A program made the position numbers and the translations under genes. Below, piece after piece: positions 1 through 8,160 of a DNA stretch of 44,720 nucleotides. This DNA is from Babesia bigemina (Eukaryota). The stretch spans positions 1 to 44,720 of the forward strand of contig NW_012237371.1 of NCBI RefSeq assembly GCF_000981445.1, given 5' to 3'. The first letter of the stretch is position 1. Each line of letters opens with the position of its first letter. The notes below the pieces were generated by a model. That model was not told the DNA's origin, did not search any database, and saw nothing but the letters and a program-made list of their open reading frames with translations.

Positions 1-260
1 GAGCGATGAAGGGTGGATAAAGGGGCGATGTAGAGTGGATAAGGAGCGATGTAGAGTGGATAAAGGGGCGATGTAGAGTGGATAAAGGGGCGATGTGGAG
101 TGGGTTAGGGAGCGATGTAGAGTGAGTAAGGGAGCGATGTAGAGTGGATAAAGGAGCGATGTAGAGTGGGTAAAGGAGCGATGTAAGGTGGGTTAAGGGG
201 CGATGAGGAGTGGATTAGGGAGCGATGCAGAGTGGGTTAAGGGGCGATGTGGAGTGGATA
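1..260 (+). repeat. 22-bp degenerate minisatellite GCGATGTAGAGTGG(G/A)T(T/A)A(A/G)GG(G/A), truncated by window edge
   Basis: Periodicity read directly; G-rich on +. Confidence 0.97.
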
Positions 261-279
261 ATAATCACCACTTAGGTCA

Positions 280-592
280 CCATGTCATCGCTGCCTAACC
301 ATGTCATCGCTGCCGTGACCAAGACATCGCTGCTGTTTCCATGTCACCGCTGCCGTGTCCATGTCATCGCTGCCGTGTCCATGTCATCGCTGCCGTAACC
401 ATGTCATCGCTGCCGTAACCATGTCATCGCTGCCGTGCCATGTCATCGCTGCCGTGTCCATGTCATCGCTGCCGTGACCATGTCATCGCTGCCGTGACCA
501 TGTCACCGCTGCTGTGACCACTTCATCGCTGCCGTGACCATCAACCTCATCGCTGCCGTGACCATCAACTGTCATCGCTGCCGTGACCATCA
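280..592 (+). repeat. 20-bp minisatellite CATGTCATCGCTGCCGT(GA/GT/AA)C
   Basis: Periodicity read directly; some 24-25-bp variant units near the 12-bp array. Confidence 0.95.
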
Positions 593-594
593 AC

Positions 595-1390
595 TTGGTC
601 AGCACTTTGGTCATGGCATTGGTCAGCACTTTGGTCAGCACGTTGGTCATGGCCTTGGTCAGCACTTTGGTCATGGCATTGGTCAGCACCTTGGTCAACA
701 CTTTGGTCATGGCATTGGTCAGGTGGTAGGTCACCACGTTGGTCACCACGTTGGTCACCACCTTGGTCATGGCATTGGTCAGCACTTTGGTCATGGCATT
801 GGTCAGCACCTTGGTCAACACTTTGGTCATGGAATTGGTCAGCACGTTGGTCAGGTGCTTGGTCACCACTTTGGTCAGCACTTTGGTCAGCACATAGGTC
901 ATCACCTTGGTCAGCACTTTGGTCAGCACTTTGGTCAGCACTTTGGTCGTGGCATTGGTCACCACCTTGGTCAGCATCTTGGTCACCACTTAGGTCAACA
1001 CTTTGGTCAGCACATTTGTCAACAACTTGGTCAGCACTTTGGTCATCACTTATGTCATGGCATTGGTCAGCACCTTGGTCAACACTTTGGTCACCACTTT
1101 GGTCAGGTGCTTGGTCAACACCTTGGTCAACACTTTGGTCAGCACTTTGGTCAGCACATTGGTCAGCACCTTGGTCAGCACATTGGTCAGCACGTTGGTC
1201 ACCGCTTTGGTCATGGCATTGGTCAGCACTTTGATCACCACGTTGGTCATGGCATTGGTCAGCACTTTGGTCAGCACCTTGGTCAGCACATTGGTCAGCA
1301 CATAGGTCATTACTTTGGTCAGCACATTGGTCAACACGTTGGTCATGGCATTGGTCAGCACTTTGGTCAGCACTTTGGTCAGCACTTTAG
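595..1390 (+). repeat. 12-bp minisatellite TTGGTCA(GCACT/CCACG/TGGCA/ACACT...) downstream of gene 1
   Basis: Near-invariant TTGGTCA every 12 bp with a variable pentamer. Confidence 0.97.
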
Positions 1391-1510
1391 TTAACTACTA
1401 CACAATCACATACAACAATTAATGAGAGATTCAAAACATTAGATTACAATACGTTGTATAGGTGAGTAGGTGATGCTAGGTGAGTGTAGACAGTAAACAC
1501 GTGAGTACGA
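1391..1510. promoter_or_regulatory. Conserved 3' flank element with core (+) TAGGTGAGTAGGTGA..GCTAGGTGAGT..ACGTGA; also before 8161, 14879, 22071, 29256, 38372
   Basis: Core shared by type A and type B genes directly after the stop codon; function unknown. Confidence 0.5.
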
Positions 1511-4500
1511 TTACGGCTGCAGGTAAAACACTTTGCCCAGTTTGTTAACACGTGCAGCAGCAAGTAGTGATTGAGCAGCTATGCGATGACTCGAGGGACT
1601 ATGTAGATGCGATTTGATGTGGAGCAGGTCCAAGCGGATGACCATGATGTGGAGGAGGTACAATAAAGAGAGGAGCCAGAGGGCGACGTTCAGCCAGATG
1701 AAGGGAGCGCGGATTTTGAAGAGGAATTCGTCGCACTTGTCGAATAGGTCAGTGAAATATTTGGAATTTAGCAACTTATTTAACTGACCGCAGAAATCGG
1801 AACACTTCTTTTTATATTGGTTATTACTCAACTTGTCAGCTTCACCAAAACTGAATCCATATCGGTACAGCGTCGGCGACACGCCCTTACAATCCACTAT
1901 TGATGAACACTGGCAATGTGGGTTCCCGCTTTTTTCGTCAGTGAGACCATGCGATCCTTTCTTGCACGTATCGCCTCTCAAACAGCTGCGGCAGCCCCAA
2001 TCGGCACAGAATATGTTGCAGAAGTCATTGTACAAATCGTTCAGCAATCGCCAGAAATCCCATGAAAGGTATATGGCCCACGATAGGTACAGGCTGCAGT
2101 TGTTGATGGCCATGTATTCATATGAATCTGCACATAACGATTGAAGGTAGGGAGCGCAGGCTACATCTGCAGCATCGTAACGACATATTTCCGAGCTGGT
2201 GAAATTGACAAGGTGCGGATGCTTGCAATCTTCATGCAAAACAGCCTGTGAACCGTACGCTTTCATCAATGTTTTGGTTAGTTCATAGGAATCGGGATAT
2301 AACTTAAGGGAGACATCACGTACGCGTGATTCAAATGACGACTGGAAACTGTATTTACTTTTCATATTCTGGGACAACTTAGAGATATTCGACCATCCCT
2401 TAACCAGCGACAACGCAAAACCGAAATGTTCTGGTAACGTCTTGGGAGGCTTGGGCTGAAGACAGCACAAGTATTTGACATAATCATTATTTAGGAAAGT
2501 TTTGAGCACGGAGCATAGGAACTTGCCCGTTTTGGTGGATCCAGTGAAGGCACGGAAACCGAAGGGCGTAAGGCATGGCTTACCACTGTTACTAGGAGAG
2601 CACGTCCTACATTGAGCTTTGCAGCCAACGGATTCCAATATATGCGGTAGGTGGCCCGGTAGGCAATCGTTTAGCAATGACATTAGAGGGGAAGTTGATT
2701 GACAATTTGGTTGGCAATTTACCTGGCACGTTGCTTGGCACGTTGGTTGACAATTTGGTTGAGTGTTTGGTTGGCTCCTTGGTTGGTCTGTTAATCCGTT
2801 GTTGCAGTGCGATTTGGTAGTCGGAATTTCTTTGCCGTACTGACACTCACTCCAACCGTGGTGTTCAGCAGCTACACTGCAGCGTTTGGATAAATACCTG
2901 AACTGCAAGAACAATCGGCGGAGTATGTCTAGCAACATGTCTAAGCATTGCGCGGGATCTGCTGGATACGACAGACCATCAGGGTTGATACGAAATTCGC
3001 ACGCATAGCGGCCTTCGGCGTTACCGTACCCGAGGATGGCAACGAGGATATCATGGGAGTTTCCGCAAATGGGTAGCAGTTTCGCGTCAAGTGCCCGTGC
3101 TGTAATGTCTGCCTCTGTCTGAACATCCAATGTCAAATTCGCGGATCCAATCTCTTTATGTGTCATCTTTTCCTTCCCCTTTGGCTTAGGGAACAATTCC
3201 ATGACGTGCAACCTTAATGAATAGAGTCCTGGATGATGACATAAACCGCAGACCCAGTAAAGCATTTCATTGATATTACGCGGTGCTTTGGGTTTGCTAA
3301 TATGGCGAAGGTGGCATACTTCGTAAAATGTTTTAAGGTGGCCGACGAGGCAACTAAGAATGTCCAAGGTGCGAAAGTCTTTCGTTTTTCCATTCGGTTT
3401 ACAGGTGGTAAGGTGCGCGTTATTAGAGCCAATAATTGTTTTTAAATATAACTCCATGATTTGCTTACCGTTCTTTCTTCTGTCCAACTCCCCGTTTTGA
3501 GTACGCTCATCGTCTGACACCGTGTATCCACGTTCGTGCAGCCATTTACCAAGGGGGTTTTTGGTTTGATTACCGTCGTTGCTTATGTCATTCAGGCGTA
3601 TATTTCTACCATGAGAATCACCACGAGGAACACATCCTTGTAACAGTTTTGACAAATCATGGAAAAGTATCTCGAGTATGCTCAAAAATATTTTTGCGCC
3701 ATTTCGGCCATCAGCCGTTAATTCTACATCTCCAGTTTCCCTATGTGTCCATCTTTTAATTGTATCACCTCCATCATACCCGTTCACATACACCCGCTCC
3801 ATCTCCTTGACAAGCCCCTCCAGCCCCGCTCTGACCGCATCGAGCAGCTCCGGGTGCCGGGGGTTGGCGAAGAGGGAGGGGGATAAATCGTTAGTGGCGT
3901 TTTTGAGGGAGGCAAGTTTTTCGGTGAAAGGATGATCGTAATTATAAATTCTAGTCTTATCAGAATTATTTTTAAGATGTTCAAGTAATTCGTCGAAGTC
4001 AGTTTTGATTTTGGTTAGCTGTTTGGCTGGGTCGGTGGGTTGGTCGGTGGGTTGGTCGGTGGGCGGGGGGTTGGTTGGAGGTTTGGTTAGCTGGTTCACT
4101 TGGTTGTGAATGTAGTCTAATATTGGTTTGACATAGTTGTTGAGAGCGGTAGATAATGCAACAAGCCGTTCTTTTATTGTCCTTTCCGGCAGAGGTTGAA
4201 GAGTTGTCGGAAACACAGCTTCTTTGACATTTGTAAGCAACGTAGGATCTTCACTTCCGTAAAATTGAGGGATGTTGTTTTGCACATCAAAAGTAGATCC
4301 TCTTACAACTTTCAACAAACCTTTAACGCTAGTCACTGAATCTAGGTCTACGATATTCTGCATAGACATACGCATTTTCTCGACGAAAGTCTGCAGTTCA
4401 TTCAATTCCCTCCTTTTCAACATGACATATCGATTGAGGGCGTCCTTTTTGATGCTGTTGATGGAGTGGGTAATTTGTTCATCCAAATGGATCCATAAGA

Positions 4501-6739
4501 ATGTCCTACACTGTTTCACAACATCTGGGAGGGTGTCTGTAAACAATAACCCTACAGCGTTTCCTAGTTTGACAACTTGATTCTTTTGCAGCAATTTAAT
4601 CTCTTCAATCATTTTTGCTAGACCTTCTGTTGAATCGTTTCTCGAAATTTGCTTTTCTTTAAACGATGTCAAAACGCTCTGCAGCCCACTTTCAATGCTG
4701 CTACCTGCCGCTTTTTCAATATTATTGCAAAGACTGCTTAGATTTTGCGTTACGTATTGGTACTGTTTGAAAGCATCACTCTTAAGGCCATCTATTGTTG
4801 CTAAAGCAGTCTTCACCTCTCTCTCAATATCACCGATCGCCGCGGGGAGGGATCCTTCTCGTTTATCCTTCTCGCCGGTCAGCGTCGCCTTATCACTCGT
4901 AATCTTATCCTGTTGTATGAAACTATTATAATTGCGAAACGTTTTTTCAGTGTTCATATCCACTTTACCCGGCGCATTACCATTATTAGTTTGTCCGATC
5001 TCCTTTTCCAGTATGCCGTCAATAGTTTTTGCAATATTGTCTCCAAGTTTAGGTGTCTGGCTAGAGCCGGAGGTGTATGGGTTGAAGGGATCGGTGGCGG
5101 CATTTGCATTTTCTCGCGCAGGTTTAAGCGCGTCGGTGAAACCATTAAGTAACTCGTCAGTTACTTCAAGCGCCTCGTCGACGTTGCCAATCAAACAATC
5201 ATCCACCAGTTCCTGGATTTGCGAACCAAACTTTTTGGCTATTGACGCGATCGCTGGCAAAATTGATTTCAAGGCGTTTTGAAGATGTGTAGCGTTGCCA
5301 GTGAGAGCAACACCGTGTCGTGCTTGCAATGCTCGATGCATCTGTTCAGCGAATTCTACAATTTGGTCTTGCCTAACTTTTGATTCAACTGTAGCAGCAA
5401 ATGTGGTAAGAAACGACTGGATGTTTGCCAATGCTGTGGACACTTCAGTCGCGTCGACTCTGAGAACACCGTTTGCATCCCGAACAAATTCGTTATATAT
5501 GTGACTACTGATGCCTACCTTCACCTGCTCTGTGTTCGCGCTAACATACCTTCCAAACCAATACTTCGCCATCTCGTCTGTGTCCAATATGCTTCCAACC
5601 CACTCCCCAATGTTTTTTCCGAACGTATCCTCGTTACCGTACTGAGTGACATACTCCATAACTTTTGCATTAATGCCCCCCAGTCCTTTTTCTTCTCCAT
5701 CCCCCTTGATTGCCTTAACTTTCTTTTGAACTTCTTCAACGTACTTACTAAAATACCCGCCAATAAGCATCTGGAGCTCAACTTTCAACCCATTTAAATT
5801 ATCTCTAAGAGCTAGATTCGTTTTAGCAACCTCCGAAAGCGCCGCGGTAACTTTTCTCTCAACACTATCCGCAGCCGCGCTACCTGCCCTCTGAAGAGCA
5901 TCCGCCTTCTGTTTCGATTGCAATGCGGCTGCTATAATTGCATTCTTCAACTTAGCACCTTTGTTGTCGTCTACCTCTTTCAATATTTTCCCTACTTGCT
6001 GTAAGGTGCCATCAATAATTTCATCGGCCTTGCTTACCCACTGCGTCAACTCCAATACGTATTGCATAAGCAATTCATTGATATGCAACACTTGATCATG
6101 AATCATTCTTATATTCGCTTTCAACGACTTCTCTAGCTTTTCAGTCTGCGTTTCCACGACATTGTGAATATTATCTTTCAACATATTAAGCTTATTACTA
6201 AGGTGCTTTACTAGTCCACGTAAATGAAATTCATCCCTTGTCGACGATTTTCTAATGGTCAAGACTTCGGTTTTAATTTTCTCAAAATCTAACCAGATTT
6301 TTGTTTGCAGAGGGCCATCAAGTGTTCTGACGGCTTCGGCAATTATTTTTAGATTTTCTTCCAAACCGTCAGCTACCGTGGACGCCATCTTGTCAATCAC
6401 AATATCCAGGGAATGAGTGTTCAACTGTTGAACTGCCACAATATTGTCACCAATTCTATCTTTCAATGCTTTTAAAGTGCCTTCACCGCCATCTTTTACA
6501 ATTTTATCAATTTTCTTTTGAAGCTCTCCATCCCACTCCCCCAGCGCATCGCTCACAGCCTCAACGGCCGCAGACAATCCGCCAGGATTGTGCATACTGT
6601 TTTTAATTTTTTTGAGTGTTTCAGTCATTTTATCTACAGGATAATACGTTTTAACTGCATCATCATCTTTCACCGCACCAAGCACACCACTCAAAAATCC
6701 CATCACCCCGTCACACAGCCTGTCCAAGTCAGAGTACAC
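1511..6739 (-). CDS. Gene 1: VESA1-like variant erythrocyte surface antigen family protein (family often auto-annotated 'extracellular matrix-binding ebh' in Babesia), tail type A; 5' leader interrupted by a stop
   Basis: 1742-aa open frame with GIVYSDLDRLCDGVMGFL box, Cys-rich C-half, TM (PFIWLNVALWLLSLLYLLHIMVI) and tail RLDLLHIKSHLHSPSSHRIAAQSLL...YLQP. The family leader ATG at 6982 is in frame but has TAA at 6857-6859; next in-frame ATG is 6703. Confidence 0.8.
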   Translation of the reverse strand: MYSDLDRLCDGVMGFLSGVLGAVKDDDAVKTYYPVDKMTETLKKIKNSMHNPGGLSAAVEAVSDALGEWDGELQKKIDKIVKDGGEGTLKALKDRIGDNIVAVQQLNTHSLDIVIDKMASTVADGLEENLKIIAEAVRTLDGPLQTKIWLDFEKIKTEVLTIRKSSTRDEFHLRGLVKHLSNKLNMLKDNIHNVVETQTEKLEKSLKANIRMIHDQVLHINELLMQYVLELTQWVSKADEIIDGTLQQVGKILKEVDDNKGAKLKNAIIAAALQSKQKADALQRAGSAAADSVERKVTAALSEVAKTNLALRDNLNGLKVELQMLIGGYFSKYVEEVQKKVKAIKGDGEEKGLGGINAKVMEYVTQYGNEDTFGKNIGEWVGSILDTDEMAKYWFGRYVSANTEQVKVGISSHIYNEFVRDANGVLRVDATEVSTALANIQSFLTTFAATVESKVRQDQIVEFAEQMHRALQARHGVALTGNATHLQNALKSILPAIASIAKKFGSQIQELVDDCLIGNVDEALEVTDELLNGFTDALKPARENANAATDPFNPYTSGSSQTPKLGDNIAKTIDGILEKEIGQTNNGNAPGKVDMNTEKTFRNYNSFIQQDKITSDKATLTGEKDKREGSLPAAIGDIEREVKTALATIDGLKSDAFKQYQYVTQNLSSLCNNIEKAAGSSIESGLQSVLTSFKEKQISRNDSTEGLAKMIEEIKLLQKNQVVKLGNAVGLLFTDTLPDVVKQCRTFLWIHLDEQITHSINSIKKDALNRYVMLKRRELNELQTFVEKMRMSMQNIVDLDSVTSVKGLLKVVRGSTFDVQNNIPQFYGSEDPTLLTNVKEAVFPTTLQPLPERTIKERLVALSTALNNYVKPILDYIHNQVNQLTKPPTNPPPTDQPTDQPTDPAKQLTKIKTDFDELLEHLKNNSDKTRIYNYDHPFTEKLASLKNATNDLSPSLFANPRHPELLDAVRAGLEGLVKEMERVYVNGYDGGDTIKRWTHRETGDVELTADGRNGAKIFLSILEILFHDLSKLLQGCVPRGDSHGRNIRLNDISNDGNQTKNPLGKWLHERGYTVSDDERTQNGELDRRKNGKQIMELYLKTIIGSNNAHLTTCKPNGKTKDFRTLDILSCLVGHLKTFYEVCHLRHISKPKAPRNINEMLYWVCGLCHHPGLYSLRLHVMELFPKPKGKEKMTHKEIGSANLTLDVQTEADITARALDAKLLPICGNSHDILVAILGYGNAEGRYACEFRINPDGLSYPADPAQCLDMLLDILRRLFLQFRYLSKRCSVAAEHHGWSECQYGKEIPTTKSHCNNGLTDQPRSQPNTQPNCQPTCQATCQVNCQPNCQSTSPLMSLLNDCLPGHLPHILESVGCKAQCRTCSPSNSGKPCLTPFGFRAFTGSTKTGKFLCSVLKTFLNNDYVKYLCCLQPKPPKTLPEHFGFALSLVKGWSNISKLSQNMKSKYSFQSSFESRVRDVSLKLYPDSYELTKTLMKAYGSQAVLHEDCKHPHLVNFTSSEICRYDAADVACAPYLQSLCADSYEYMAINNCSLYLSWAIYLSWDFWRLLNDLYNDFCNIFCADWGCRSCLRGDTCKKGSHGLTDEKSGNPHCQCSSIVDCKGVSPTLYRYGFSFGEADKLSNNQYKKKCSDFCGQLNKLLNSKYFTDLFDKCDEFLFKIRAPFIWLNVALWLLSLLYLLHIMVIRLDLLHIKSHLHSPSSHRIAAQSLLAAARVNKLGKVFYLQP

Positions 6740-6949
6740 AATACCGCTGCCATCGTAGCCTTTGGTCTCAGAGTTGAAGCCGAGGAAAGTTTCGAGCCCA
6801 GAGCAGAGGTTATTAAGGATGTTAGTAGGGTTGTTATTTGAGGTAATTTTAAGGTTTTAAATTTTGTCAAATTTCTTGTCAAGCTCACTAGGCGGCACAT
6901 GGTCAGGGCAGTGGCAAGAGGGGGACGAGGGGAAGTGAAGGGTGACAAG

Positions 6950-7008
6950 GCACAAGTTATTGCTATGGCTAATGGAGGTCATAGCGGTATTATGGCGAGG
7001 TGATTCGA
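6950..7008 (-). promoter_or_regulatory. Conserved 5' leader block TCGAATCACCTCGCCATAATACCGCT-ATGACCTC...AATAACTTG; also at ~13375-13430, 20375-20431, 27474-27529, 34446-34501, 43813-43869
   Basis: Recognisable in all six cassettes at the 22-bp array/gene boundary; function inferred from position only. Confidence 0.55.
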
Positions 7009-7660
7009 GCGATGTAGAGTGGATAAAGGGGCGATGTAGAGTGGGTTAGGGAGCGATGTGTAGTGGGTAAAGGAGCGATGTGTAGTGGGTAAAGGAGCGA
7101 TGTAGAGTGGATTAAGGAGCGATGTAGAGTGGGTAAGGTAGCGATGTAGAGTGGGTTAAGGGGCGATGTAGAGTGCGTTAAGGAGCGATGTGGAGTGGAT
7201 AAAGGGGCGATGTAGAGTGGGTAAGGGGCGATGTAGAGTGGGTTAGGGAGCGATGTAGAGTGGATAAAGGGGCGATGTAGAGTGGATAAAGGGGCGATGT
7301 AGGGTGGTCAAAGGGGCGATGTAGAGTAAATAAAGGGGCGATGTAGGATGAGTAAAGGATCGATGTAGAGTGGGTTAGGGAGCGATGTAGAGTGGGTTAA
7401 GGGGCGATGTAGAGTGGGTTAAGGGGCGATGTAGAGTGGATAAAGGGGCGATGTAGAGTGGGTTAAGGGGCGATGTAGAGTGGGTAAAGGGGCGATGTAG
7501 AGTGGATAAAGGGGCGATGTAGAGTGGATAAAGGGGCGATGTAGAGTGGATAAAGGGGCGATGTAGAGTGGGTTAGGGAGCGATGTAGAGTGGGTTAGGG
7601 AGCGATGTAGAGTGGGTTAAGGAGCGATGTAGAGTGGGTAAAGGGGCGATGTAGAGTGGA
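7008..7660 (+). repeat. 22-bp minisatellite array upstream of gene 1 (~30 units)
   Basis: Same consensus, occasional 21-bp units. Confidence 0.97.
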
Positions 7661-7674
7661 TGATAATCACCACT
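7655..7674. other. Palindromic junction AGTGG(A/G)T(G/A)ATAATCACCACT between 22-bp and 20-bp arrays; also 253-272, 13966-13985, 21074-21093, 28566-28585, 35672-35691
   Basis: Present at all six such junctions. Arms AGTGG/CCACT in all copies; TGAT/ATCA in three. Confidence 0.8.
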
Positions 7675-7685
7675 CTGGTCAGCAC

Positions 7686-7768
7686 TGTCATCGCTGCCAT
7701 GTCCGTGTCATCGCTGCCGTAACCATGCCATCGCTGCCGTGACCATGCCATCGCTGCCGTGACCATCA
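7686..7768 (+). repeat. 20-bp minisatellite, short array (~4 units)
   Basis: catcgctgcc core repeated. Confidence 0.9.
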
Positions 7769-7770
7769 CG

Positions 7771-8036
7771 TTGGTCAGCACATTGGTCACCACGTTGGTC
7801 ACCACCTTGGTCAGCACATTGGTCACCACGTTGGTCACCACGTTGATCATGGCATTGGTCAGCACCTTGGTCATGGCATTGGGCAGCACCTTGGTCATGG
7901 CATTGGGCAGCACTTTGGTCACCACTTTGGTCAGCACTTTGGTCAGCAGTTAGGTCACCACTTTGGTCATGGCATTGGTCAGGTGCTTGGTCAACACTTT
8001 GGTCACCACTTAGGTCAGCATCTTGGTCAACACATC
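7771..8036 (+). repeat. 12-bp minisatellite downstream of gene 2
   Basis: Same consensus. Confidence 0.95.
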
Positions 8037-8160
8037 AGTTAACTATTACACAATCACATACAACGATTAATGAGTGATTCAAAACATCAAACAACAATTC
8101 ATAAGTTAGGTGAGTAGGTGAATTGCTAGGTGAGTGTAGATAGTGAACACGTGAGTGCGA

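Noticed and set aside
483..1394. Long ORFs in 12-bp arrays (TKVL, GQHF, VSTL repeats; also 14377-14788, 28690-29062, 35768-36145)
   Set aside because: A 12-bp unit keeps several frames open on both strands automatically. Starts and stops are inconsistent between copies, so there is no evidence of coding.
4300..6600. Staphylococcal Ebh, SMC or myosin-like identity for the large ORFs
   Set aside because: Resemblance is limited to helical K/E/L-rich composition. No Walker or LPXTG motifs were noticed, and the C-terminal architecture is VESA-like.
7008..7660. CRISPR-like array
   Set aside because: Units are contiguous with no unique spacers, there are no cas genes, and the context is eukaryotic.
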